From positions 1-31,811 of the IMG/VR virus record IMGVR_UViG_3300050195_000155: 31,811 nucleotides of DNA. One strand, given 5' to 3'. Below, in pieces: positions 24,601 to 31,811 of this stretch; positions within the stretch are counted from its first letter, which is position 1, and each line of letters starts with the position of its first letter. The stretch is from a virus (lineage: Duplodnaviria; Caudoviricetes). The notes beneath the pieces are model-generated. The model was not told the DNA's origin. It saw only the letters and a list, made by a program, of their open reading frames with translations, and searched no databases. A program made the position numbers and the translations under genes.

Positions 24601-25148
24601 CGGATGCGCAGATTTCCGGAGACATTGCCTTCACCCGCCAGATCTCGCACGCCTACCCGGTGGGTTCGGTGCTGTCCTCCGCCCTGGTGCTGGGTGACCA
24701 GTATGCCCACGTTAAAAACCTGTTCGATCAGGCCACCTGGGATGGCGCTACCTGGAACGATACGCTCTCCGGGAACAGCGCGACAGCGAGCTATGACAAG
24801 ACCACGTACCCGCTGGTAGTGACGAATGCGGGTGCAGTGACAGAGCGCTGGTGTCTGCGCTTTACTAACACCACGACATTTCAGGTGATTGGCGAACACC
24901 TGGGCATCCTCGGCACCGGCAATACCGGCGCCGATACGCTGGTGCCTAACCCGAATTCCACGGAACCCTATTTCACGCTGAAGGCTGCAGGCTGGGGCCA
25001 GGGCTGGGCGGCCGGGAACTGCCTGTTCTTCCAGACGATCAGCGCAAAACCGCCGATCTGGCTGGCCGAAACCATTCAGCAGGGCGCAGAGGTGGAAACC
25101 AATCATTCTCTGACGCTGATCGCTCGTGGCGATGTGGATGCGGAATAA
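21630..25148 (+). CDS. Large tail-tip protein with six internal repeated beta domains
   Basis: 1172 aa. MTD..EGGG...SNAIFPDI.EVDR N-terminus, repeated DDGxG...GxIxYxxG units, and GIDPVRLPTDGRV motif. Confidence 0.8.
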   Translation: MSILAGDIHFVASATMTDDDEGGGAPSATVIQDGVSNAIFPDIAEVDRAGGSFRLRKLFLAVNTATTDMLYGANVILSEVPTDPNVSVTMLAAEDYFEERGDTIERVEAYLYQGGLFSGYLVETHLKGMQTLQIAQRPGAALPAVGETLYLAQNEGATTEFGQYVRVKSVSSTQETYTIEVNGAFVDFLVQMLTVTMTAALAYTFTGSAVNRLFQTESAAAKVRKTIVANATKYYGASGTTEAVAVGSKACKVESVYSRLVPAAQSETALTDKSMTGTTSPVVPAAAATVSRSVNINDPITGQGIYKGNNYYLPTACCPGTLRIAANVGQTWTDDGAGGLLVNGTSTGSINYANGVLSLTANMYGGNGVETYQPAGAPSQASYTDAVVVTAANRSLVWVKSLVPIPVPGALTVSYMSGGNWYSLSDDGSGRVVASDSSYGVGKLSFTTGSLALTLGALPDVGTSIIYSWGTAAESVMLTNDELSIATPKIEFDAGTALSRGTVKLTWKSGGVAKTATDNGSGGFAGDATGAIYYGTGTGNFVPAELPDSGLVSLTFEAGSTQTLGATAGGGTTWTGSLGSAPIKPGSVTASLLLQWAKADSDNDGNTAVSGGLTAGTVYDDGDGGLILAGYGALPGASIDYTTGAVVLVINYSSTVPVAVYSTILDPVSHGYRRVISGYSVDTASRQIGAGGITWKWRLASDTDAAGSASLAAPVLTLDLQPYLAGTIVAGSLRFRVGSYDYVERDGRLYHSINPATGAGTEAGTIEYASGKVTISEWSSGTFSFALLSGLINPGGTGMDAVFGRTADAPLKTESFEISATALDGTAISATAAGDGTISGTNVTGSIDYETGIYTLSFGATVAGTWESKLVSPSSMRYNCVAYSYLPLDASIIGIDPVRLPTDGRVQIFTSGDYAVLGHTKSVSQAVAAGQTVNLGRTRLSRVWIVGQDGKKISIGYTADLDAGAVSFTDVTGYAQPVTIYDRIEDMAMISDAQISGDIAFTRQISHAYPVGSVLSSALVLGDQYAHVKNLFDQATWDGATWNDTLSGNSATASYDKTTYPLVVTNAGAVTERWCLRFTNTTTFQVIGEHLGILGTGNTGADTLVPNPNSTEPYFTLKAAGWGQGWAAGNCLFFQTISAKPPIWLAETIQQGAEVETNHSLTLIARGDVDAE

Positions 25149-25157
25149 GGGCTAGCC

Positions 25158-26285
25158 ATGACAGATACCAGCGTCAAGTTTTTTACCTCTGCAATGCCCT
25201 CCGCCCCAGTGCTCACGAGTGCGGCAGGCACACTGATCACCGTGCTCGATGCCTGCCTCGTGAATGGTTTTGGTGCCGTTACTGCCAGCTCGGCAGTGAT
25301 TGCAAATGGCGTCTGCACGATCAGCTTTGGGGTCAGTGCGCATTCGTTTCTGCCACGCGCGGTGGCTCTGGTTTCTGGCATCACCACCAGCGGATATACC
25401 TCACTCAATGCTGAGCAAAAGCTCACTGCGATCACTTCGAACAGCATTTCGTTTGCCACCACGCTGGCCAGCGCTACGCTGGGCGGCACGATCAGCGTCA
25501 AGCTGGCGCCGGCTGGCTGGGCCAAGGCCTTCAGTGCTGATCATCAGGCTGCCTACCGATCCGCCAGTGTTGCCGCCACAGGCTGCTATCTGCGAGTAGA
25601 TGACACCACGACCTACTATGCCGGCGTGCGCGGCTATGAATCAATGACGGATGTGTCGACGGGCACCAATGCATTCCCTTCCGCCGTTCAGCAAAGCACC
25701 TGCATCTGGCACAAATCGGGATCGTCAGGGGCTACGCCGTGGGCAGTTTTTGCGGATGACCGGATGGTCTATTTCTGGGTCGACAGTGAGCAGCCCGGCA
25801 GCAGCAATGGGGCATTTTTTGCGTTTGGCGATTTCTCCGCTGCCAAGTCTGGCGATGCGTATGCCTGCGTTCTCGCGGCGATAATCAACACCAGAATGGA
25901 GACTGGCACCGCCTACCAACCGATTGTCGTGCCCACCAACGCCGGCACCACCTATGCCCCGCGCAGTTATTCTGCTGTCGGGGCATCGCTGGAATTGTCC
26001 CGGCAGTGGATCGGCGGATCAAACCCGTCAGGCTGCGGCGGTTGGGCGTTCCCCAACGGACCGGACGCCGGCATCTATCCAGTCCCGGCCTACTTGATGG
26101 AAGGCAGCAGCGTCAGGGGGCGTTTTCCTGGGTTCTATGCCTCTCCGCAGAACTCGCAGCACGGCATCGCGCACCAGGCTGTGTTTAGCCATGTCTCGGC
26201 GCTGGATCGGGATTTGATGTACCTCTGGGTTAGCACAACCTATGGCGGCGTCTGGATGGATCTGACCGGCCCCTGGGAGCACTGA
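25158..26285 (+). CDS. Tail-tip/fiber-associated protein
   Basis: GTLITVLDACLVNGFG N-terminus and KLAPAGWAKAF motif typical of siphophage tail modules. Confidence 0.7.
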   Translation: MTDTSVKFFTSAMPSAPVLTSAAGTLITVLDACLVNGFGAVTASSAVIANGVCTISFGVSAHSFLPRAVALVSGITTSGYTSLNAEQKLTAITSNSISFATTLASATLGGTISVKLAPAGWAKAFSADHQAAYRSASVAATGCYLRVDDTTTYYAGVRGYESMTDVSTGTNAFPSAVQQSTCIWHKSGSSGATPWAVFADDRMVYFWVDSEQPGSSNGAFFAFGDFSAAKSGDAYACVLAAIINTRMETGTAYQPIVVPTNAGTTYAPRSYSAVGASLELSRQWIGGSNPSGCGGWAFPNGPDAGIYPVPAYLMEGSSVRGRFPGFYASPQNSQHGIAHQAVFSHVSALDRDLMYLWVSTTYGGVWMDLTGPWEH

Positions 26286-26584
26286 TGGACTACCACTTTG
26301 CAATTCTTGGCCAGGTAGCCACCCGCTATGACCGGTACTTCGGTGGTCAGGGGACGGTAACCGCCACCGTTACGGTCAAGGGCTCACCCAATACGCCTGT
26401 TTCGCGGCGCGTGAGGCTCTACGAAAAACGTTCGGGAATGATGATCCGCGAGACGTGGAGTGATGCCAGTGGCGTGTATGCCTTCCGCTATCTGAGCATG
26501 GATTACACCTATTACGTCACAGCTTTTGACCACACGAATGTGAATGAGGCCGTGGCAGCTGACAACCTGAAAGCGAGTGTGTGA
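26285..26584 (+). CDS. Small tail protein (carboxypeptidase-regulatory-like beta sandwich)
   Basis: PVSRRVRLY..RSG...RETWSDASGVYAF pattern. Coupled to neighbouring genes. Confidence 0.7.
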   Translation: MDYHFAILGQVATRYDRYFGGQGTVTATVTVKGSPNTPVSRRVRLYEKRSGMMIRETWSDASGVYAFRYLSMDYTYYVTAFDHTNVNEAVAADNLKASV

Positions 26585-26964
26585 TGCAACAGATTTCAAC
26601 TGAGCTGAAGTCCGCCATGCTGGGCTGCGTGCTCACCTGGCTGGGGAGTGGCGCGAAAGTGCAGGTCTACGGGTCGGCACAGCCGGATTTCGGCGCTACG
26701 GTCAGCGACACACCCCTGGTGGCAATCCCGCTGCAAAGCCCGGCGGGCGTGGTGTCCGGTGGCGTGCTTACGCTGAGCAAAACAGATGAGGTGATGGTGA
26801 CGACGGCGGGGACTGCCGTCTGGGCACGGATCATCAATTCAGATGGCGTGATCGGTATGGATGTCGCGGTCAGCGCCAACGATGGCGGCGCCCCGTTGCA
26901 GCTATCCAGCCTGACGCTGTATGCGGGCGGCTATCTGCGGCTGTTGTCGGGCACATTGTCGTAA
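26581..26964 (+). CDS. Small virion structural protein
   Basis: VYGSAQP...GTAVWARI pattern seen in phage tail modules. Coupled start. Confidence 0.7.
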   Translation: MMQQISTELKSAMLGCVLTWLGSGAKVQVYGSAQPDFGATVSDTPLVAIPLQSPAGVVSGGVLTLSKTDEVMVTTAGTAVWARIINSDGVIGMDVAVSANDGGAPLQLSSLTLYAGGYLRLLSGTLS

Positions 26965-26973
26965 GGGGGATAC

Positions 26974-27807
26974 ATGGTCGATATCATTACCCGCACCGGC
27001 AAAGGATCGCCACTCACGCATGCGGAGCTGGATGCGAATTTCACGAATCTCAAGACGGCAGTCGAGTCCGCAGTTCCGGGAAGCGGGACCACCTACGCGG
27101 CTGCCGTGCTGGCCGACAAGCCGGTCGCGTACTGGCGGTTCAATGATGCGTACGGCGCAAAACAGTACCTGGATTCCTCCGGCAATAGCTATCACATGAC
27201 GCCAGCGGGAACCCCTTTTGTGCCCGTATCGGGCGGGTTGGTCGGCGATGCGGATCGAGGGGCTTACACCATCGGCGGGAGTAGCGGAGCCTATGCCAAT
27301 ATCCCGGATGCATTGCGTACAGCGTTCCCCACGTCAAATAATCTGACGATGGAGTGCCTGATAAACATACAGAACAAGGTGACGACGAATTACGGGTCTA
27401 TCTTCTGTTTCGGTACTGTGCTGAACGCGAACACCGCTCAGGTTCGACTTTGTGCGCAGTCAGCAGCAGTTTGGACCCCTTATATCGGAGTTACGGACGC
27501 TGCCAATAACGTCAATCTTGTTGCTGCTTGCCCCGCCGAGTTGCCCTTCTATACGTGGTTCCACATTGCGGGAACCTATGACGGCACCACTCTGAAGTTT
27601 TACTTGAATGGAATACCTGTAGCTTCGACAGCCGGGGCAATCACGGTGCCCATCGCAAAACGAAGCTACGGGGACTTTATGAAAGCGTCTTGGGCGGCTG
27701 ATGTCCCTGCATCGTGCTTTGTAGATGAGTTTGCGCTCTACAACAGTTGCCTGAGTGCCGACCGGATTGCCCTGCATGCCCGGCTGGCTGCCGGCGCTTC
27801 TGCCTGA
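26974..27807 (+). CDS. LamG/concanavalin A-like receptor-binding protein 1
   Basis: VLADKPVAYWRFND...DSSGN, WFHIAGTYDGTTLKFYLNG and VDEFALYNSCLSADRI motifs. Confidence 0.85.
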   Translation: MVDIITRTGKGSPLTHAELDANFTNLKTAVESAVPGSGTTYAAAVLADKPVAYWRFNDAYGAKQYLDSSGNSYHMTPAGTPFVPVSGGLVGDADRGAYTIGGSSGAYANIPDALRTAFPTSNNLTMECLINIQNKVTTNYGSIFCFGTVLNANTAQVRLCAQSAAVWTPYIGVTDAANNVNLVAACPAELPFYTWFHIAGTYDGTTLKFYLNGIPVASTAGAITVPIAKRSYGDFMKASWAADVPASCFVDEFALYNSCLSADRIALHARLAAGASA

Positions 27808-27816
27808 GAGGAACTT

Positions 27817-28674
27817 ATGGTCAGCATCATTACTCGGGAAGGCAAAGGGGCTCCGATCACCCATGCGGAGATGGACACCAACCTGATCAACATTAAGGCT
27901 GCCATTGAGTCTGGAGCCACCGGATCATCGGGGGCGTCTGGTCGCTATGCGGCGATGATTCTCGCCAAAACCCCCGTGGCCTACTGGCAGTTCAATGACA
28001 AATTTGGTGCGGCCCAGTATCTGGATTCGTCGGGGAATGGCTATCACCTCACCCCCGTTGGTCAAATGATGACCGCTCGTGGCGGCGTGGTGGGGGAACC
28101 GGGGCGTGGGCTCTACACGCTGGGTGGCGCTGGTAGTGGCTGCGCAACGATCCCCGCTGCGCTTGGGACAGCCTGGCCTGCCTCTGCAAACTTCTCCATC
28201 GAGGCTTTGATTCGCCCGCTGGCACAGTCGCAGGGAGGCTACTCGTCGGTGTTTTGTATTTCCACGGCCTCGTCCTCTACCGTTGGGGACATCCGCCTAA
28301 GTCTCATGAGAAACGGGGCTCGGACACCGTACATCTCGGTAGGCACGACCACGAATACCACCGACGGGGTTGCCGCATATGCAACAGAGGAATGGGCCTC
28401 ACAGGATTGGCTGCACATTGTCAGCACATCCACCGGATCGCTGCTGTCCCTGTACATGAATGGGGATCTGGTCGCCCAGAGTACGGGGGTCTATAACGTG
28501 CCAATCATTGCACGGCCAAAGGGTGGAGTTGTTTGCAACCCATACACGGCGGCCGGTGGCAGCACAGACGCGCCGCCTTATTGCGTCATCGACGAGGTGG
28601 CTCTGTATAACGCCGCGCTGACCGCTGACGAGGTGGCTCTCCACTACAGAATCGCTGCTGGGGGGAGCGCTTGA
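27817..28674 (+). CDS. LamG/concanavalin A-like receptor-binding protein 2 (paralog)
   Basis: ILAKTPVAYWQFND...DSSGNG, WLHIVST...LYMNG and IDEVALYNAALTADEV motifs. Confidence 0.85.
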   Translation: MVSIITREGKGAPITHAEMDTNLINIKAAIESGATGSSGASGRYAAMILAKTPVAYWQFNDKFGAAQYLDSSGNGYHLTPVGQMMTARGGVVGEPGRGLYTLGGAGSGCATIPAALGTAWPASANFSIEALIRPLAQSQGGYSSVFCISTASSSTVGDIRLSLMRNGARTPYISVGTTTNTTDGVAAYATEEWASQDWLHIVSTSTGSLLSLYMNGDLVAQSTGVYNVPIIARPKGGVVCNPYTAAGGSTDAPPYCVIDEVALYNAALTADEVALHYRIAAGGSA

Positions 28675-30659
28675 CCTCCTCCAAGAACTATTTCGAGGAC
28701 TACTACCTTGAAATGGGCTACTTCGACGTGGATGAAGAAATCTACGCCGATTCTGGCTACAACGAATCCGGCTATGTGCTTGGGGATACCACACAAGAGA
28801 CAACGGAGACGACGGCAACGCTTTCCGTCGTCGTTCTGCCAGGCCTGACACTCTCGGCACAAGCTACCGTCCGGACGGTAGAAGCCATCACGGCACAATT
28901 GCAGGCTTCAGTTGTCGGCCTCAGTTGTTCTGCGCGCGTGGGGGTTCTGGTCAATGCCACGTTGTCGATGGACATTGTCAGCCTCGGTTTCAGTGGGGCT
29001 GCGAACTATGACATCAATGTCGACCGGCCATTGGTCGCTGATCTGCACGATACGGTACATGCGGCCCAGCCTGCTGCGTTGCAGACTCCGGTGACGTGGC
29101 ATGATGGTCTGGACCGTGCCTGCGTACAGGCCTCGCGCTGGGGTGCTGGCACCCAACTGCGGCCCAGCAATACTGCGTGGTTTGCCGATGGTAGGCGCTA
29201 TCGGTCGGGCACTGCCGGTGCTTGGCAGGATGGTCGCAGCGTAGTGCGTGAGCAAGCTGCCCCCTGGCAGGATGGTGCGCAAGCCCACAGCGGTGCGGTG
29301 AGTGCCTGGCAGGACGGACAGGCCGTCAGCAGTCGCACGAGTGCAGGCATGCAGGATGCTACCCGCACCCGAACCACTGCAGGGGCGAGCTGGCAGGACG
29401 GGGGCCGACTCGCTGCACAGGTAACGCGCAGCGTGCGCCAGGCGACACCTAAAAAAGCCGTCCTGGTGCTGGTCTGGCATGAGGGAATCGTACCAGCCGC
29501 AGGCCAGTGGATTCCATCCGCACCTGAGCCCACAGGCCGCACGCCTGACCCGAATCTGGTTTTCGAACGGCCTGCAGGTACGGCGGGCAATCTTGTTTTT
29601 AACTGGTCGTCGGATGCAATTGTTGTTGCAGCCCGGAAGGTTTATATCGTGATCAATGACGTTTCGCTCATGCGAGTCGATACCTCCACCTACCTCGATG
29701 TGCTGTCCCTCGAAATCTCCATCGATTCGGGGTCATGGGTGCATTCGTGGAATGCCACAGTGGCTTACTCCGATTGGGATGCGCTCAATGCCGGCTATGT
29801 CAGCAATGAGCTGGTCGAGCTGCTGGCCACGGTTAATGGCCACCAGTGGCGCCTGCTCGCGGAAGGCACACCAAAACGGACACGGGTTTTCGGGCAGACA
29901 AGCGTTTCTATCAGCGGGCGCGGTTACGCTGCATGGCTAGATACGCCGTACGCCGATGAAGTCAGCCACTACAATGATTCCGCGCTGACTGCCCAGCAAT
30001 TGATGGCTTTGGCACTCACCACCAATGGCGTCTCGCTCGGCTGGGATCTGGACTGGCAGATCACGGATTGGACCGTGCCGGCCGGTCTCTGGAGCCACAC
30101 TGGATCACCGATTGCCGGCGTCCTCGATGTCGCCGCATCGGTACAGGCCATCATCCAGGCCGACCCCACCGAACAGATCCTGCACGTGCTGCCGTACTAC
30201 CCGGCCTCGCCCTGGGAATGGAGCACGCTAGATCCGGATGTCGTGTTGCCACTGGACATCATCCCCGAGGAGGATCTGGAGCCTGTCATCAAACCAGTCT
30301 ACAACCGCGTGTATGTCTCCGGCTCCTCACAAGGCGTGATCGGCCAAGTCACCCGCACCGGCACTGCCGGCGACAAGCTCGCCCAGATGGTGACTCATCC
30401 GCTGATTACCGCCGAGGCAGCAGCTCGCCAGCGTGGCATCGCCATCCTGGGAGACAGTGGCCACCAGGCCATCATCACCCGCCAGATGCCGATCAGCACA
30501 GACACCGGCCTGATCAAGGTCGGCCAGCTCATCAAAGCCACCGAAACCGCAGAAACCTGGCGCGGCCTGGTCCGCTCCGTAAAGGTCTCTGCAAACTGGA
30601 CCAACGACGCCCTGGTTGTCCGCCAGGCATTCGACCTGGAAAGGCATTACGAACTATGA
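28671..30659 (+). CDS. Tail hub/central tail protein with 14-aa repeats
   Basis: TTG start with GGGGGAG RBS, overlapping the upstream stop. WQDG repeats. C-terminal YNRVYVSG..QGV...R.GTAGD...HPLIT...ARQRG hub-like region. Confidence 0.78.
   Translation: MTSSKNYFEDYYLEMGYFDVDEEIYADSGYNESGYVLGDTTQETTETTATLSVVVLPGLTLSAQATVRTVEAITAQLQASVVGLSCSARVGVLVNATLSMDIVSLGFSGAANYDINVDRPLVADLHDTVHAAQPAALQTPVTWHDGLDRACVQASRWGAGTQLRPSNTAWFADGRRYRSGTAGAWQDGRSVVREQAAPWQDGAQAHSGAVSAWQDGQAVSSRTSAGMQDATRTRTTAGASWQDGGRLAAQVTRSVRQATPKKAVLVLVWHEGIVPAAGQWIPSAPEPTGRTPDPNLVFERPAGTAGNLVFNWSSDAIVVAARKVYIVINDVSLMRVDTSTYLDVLSLEISIDSGSWVHSWNATVAYSDWDALNAGYVSNELVELLATVNGHQWRLLAEGTPKRTRVFGQTSVSISGRGYAAWLDTPYADEVSHYNDSALTAQQLMALALTTNGVSLGWDLDWQITDWTVPAGLWSHTGSPIAGVLDVAASVQAIIQADPTEQILHVLPYYPASPWEWSTLDPDVVLPLDIIPEEDLEPVIKPVYNRVYVSGSSQGVIGQVTRTGTAGDKLAQMVTHPLITAEAAARQRGIAILGDSGHQAIITRQMPISTDTGLIKVGQLIKATETAETWRGLVRSVKVSANWTNDALVVRQAFDLERHYEL
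29097..29486 (+). repeat. Degenerate 42-bp (14-aa) tandem coding repeat
   Basis: W/F/M-x-D-G units recur every 14 codons. The first TGG (29097) and last TGG (29475) are exactly 9x42 nt apart. Confidence 0.85.
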
Positions 30660-30886
30660 GCATCAACCTCTGGGCACAGTTCAAAGCCATCCTCCCAGGC
30701 GATCAGCTACTCATCGGCGAGGTTACGGCGATCAATACGGATGGCACCAGCCAGATTACGTTACCCGGCGGAGCCAAACTAACGGCTCGCGGAACAGGTG
30801 TGGCAGTGGGAAGCAACGCATGGGTCAGAGGCGGCGCAATCGAAGGCGAAGCCCCAGCCCTAACATCCGTCGAAATCGAAGTCTGA
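30656..30886 (+). CDS. Small tail-tip protein (76 aa)
   Basis: MSINLWAQFKAILP...GEVTA...AWVRGGAIEGEAP.L. ATG overlaps the upstream stop, so 30656 is the start rather than 30068. Confidence 0.8.
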   Translation: MSINLWAQFKAILPGDQLLIGEVTAINTDGTSQITLPGGAKLTARGTGVAVGSNAWVRGGAIEGEAPALTSVEIEV

Positions 30887-30948
30887 ACCGCCCCTCAACA
30901 ACCATATAGGTCGGGGCTCAAAAAGGTTAGATTTGCCCCGGATTTTAC

Positions 30949-30996
30949 TGTGACAATATTGTCGCAAATCCGTGTCAAACCGCGCGCGCCGCTACA
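30949..30996. promoter_or_regulatory. Putative prophage right end with transposase-binding repeats
   Basis: GTGACAA, GTCGCAA and GTGTCAA recur at 11-bp spacing (30950, 30961, 30972), followed by CGCGCGCGCCGCTACA. Transposable phages end in TG...CA. Confidence 0.65.
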
Positions 30997-31054
30997 CTAG
31001 TTTCACTGAGCAGTGATCGCTAGCAAAAATTTTTGGTGGGGTATTTGGTGGTAG

Positions 31055-31088
31055 AAAAGAAAAAAGCGCCCCGGAAGGCGCTTATTTC
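31055..31088 (-). terminator. Rho-independent terminator of tRNA-Ser
   Basis: AAGCGCC/GGCGCTT stem (31064-31083) with an A-run on the + strand, giving a U-tract on the minus strand. Confidence 0.8.
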
Positions 31089-31097
31089 TTGGATTCT

Positions 31098-31188
31098 TGG
31101 CGGAGAGAGGGGGATTCGAACCCCCGTCAGGGTATAACCCTGAACACGCTTTCCAGGCGTGCGACTTAAACCACTCATCCATCTCTCC
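31098..31188 (-). tRNA. tRNA-Ser(GGA)
   Basis: Reverse complement GGAGAGATGGATGAGTGGTTTAAGTCGCACGCCTGGAAAGCGTG...GGTTCGAATCCCCCTCTCTCCGCCA, with long variable arm and encoded CCA. Confidence 0.97.
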
Positions 31189-31203
31189 AACAGCAGAGGC
31201 AGC

Positions 31204-31233
31204 ATTATAGCCATGAACCAGCAGGACTGGCAA
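31204..31233 (-). promoter_or_regulatory. Sigma70 promoter of tRNA-Ser
   Basis: Minus strand TTGCCA-18 nt-TATAAT, followed by GC-rich discriminator GCTGCC. Confidence 0.75.
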
Positions 31234-31381
31234 GTAATTTGTGAAATTATTTTCGTAATATCGTGCCGGAACCAAAATTGGGTTGTTTTGCCCTAAGCTA
31301 GGGAAACCTAACACGCAATATAGACGAGGCGCTCAGCGCCCGACAGAGAGAATGGAGCCAGTGGCTCCGGAAGGATTTGCC

Positions 31382-31811
31382 ATGCTGATTCGCCGCCCCT
31401 CCGATATATTGCCGTCGGAGATCACTTCGCGCGAGCTGTATCAAGGCCGCCGACACTTTCTTCAGCAAGGGGCTGGTCTGGCCCTGACGGGTGCTGCTGC
31501 GCTCGGGATGCCCTGGACAGCAGCTCAGGCTGCGGCCCTGAAGGGGTTTGTGCCTGATAAATCGCCCCATCCTGATGACAAGCCCACGCCGCTCAAGGAT
31601 GTGACGAGCTACAACAATTATTACGAGTTTGGCGTGGATAAGGATGAGCCGGCCAAGAATGTGGGCGCCTTCAAATTGCGGCCGTGGACGGTGACTGTTG
31701 ATGGCCTGTGCAACAAGCCGAAGACCTTCGGGATTGAAGACCTGCTGAAATTTGCGCCGCTCGAAGAACGCATCTATCGCATGCGCTGCGTGGAGGGCTG
31801 GTCGATGGTGA
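31382..31811 (+). CDS. msrP: Protein-methionine-sulfoxide reductase catalytic subunit MsrP (5' partial; host gene)
   Basis: MLIRRPSDILPSEIT...RRHFL Tat signal, VTSYNNYYEFG and EERIYRMRCVEGWSMV. Runs off the window end. Confidence 0.95.
   Translation, partial: MLIRRPSDILPSEITSRELYQGRRHFLQQGAGLALTGAAALGMPWTAAQAAALKGFVPDKSPHPDDKPTPLKDVTSYNNYYEFGVDKDEPAKNVGAFKLRPWTVTVDGLCNKPKTFGIEDLLKFAPLEERIYRMRCVEGWSMV

Larger units (their letters stand above)
1..30996 (+). mobile_element. Mu-like transposable prophage, siphovirus-type tail (left part, including transposase and repressor, lies outside the window)
   Basis: Mu-type gene order gemA-mor-lysis-gp25/26-terS-terL-portal(DUF935)-F-G-I/Z-T-gp36-gp37-tail. 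There is no sheath gene. The element ends in ACA at 30994-30996, followed by host tRNA and msrP. Confidence 0.93.

Noticed and set aside
26974-28674. Diversity-generating retroelement or invertible segment acting on the two LamG genes
   Set aside because: No reverse transcriptase, invertase, inverted crossover sites or near-identical adenine-variant repeat. The paralogs differ throughout.
29097-29486. CRISPR-like array from recurring TGGCAGGA(T/C)GG
   Set aside because: The repeats are short, in-frame and degenerate at the codon level. This is a protein repeat, and no cas genes are present.
30068-30655. N-terminal 196 aa of the 272-aa ORF
   Set aside because: Arg/Pro-rich off-frame read of the hub gene. 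The real gene starts at ATG 30656.
31098-31188. tRNA-Ser as the attB/attR of this prophage
   Set aside because: Gene content is that of a transposable phage with a CA terminus ~100 bp away. No integrase or tRNA 3' duplication is visible in the window.

Overview
Bases 1 to ~30996 are the right-hand part of a Mu-like (transposable) prophage with a long non-contractile tail. It runs HU-like gene, gemA, Mor/C activator, lysis cassette, terminase, portal, MuF, G, protease/scaffold I/Z, capsid T, neck, tail tube, tape measure and tail-tip genes, and ends at a ...CGCGCGCGCCGCTACA terminus. Host DNA follows: tRNA-Ser(GGA) on the minus strand and the 5' part of msrP. Non-obvious features read from the sequence are: a complete type II hammerhead ribozyme before gemA; three copies of a late-promoter box, each with a -10-like hexamer at an identical offset; four AT-richer accessory cassettes, including a lambda RexAB-like two-gene candidate defence system and an EndoVII-like gene at the G-I position; a MuF protein with a C-terminal HExxH metallopeptidase plus an overlapping candidate immunity ORF; an embedded o-spanin; and two LamG receptor-binding paralogs matched by two Tyr/acidic motifs on the next tail protein. 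Family calls come from motif recognition and synteny, with no database searches.
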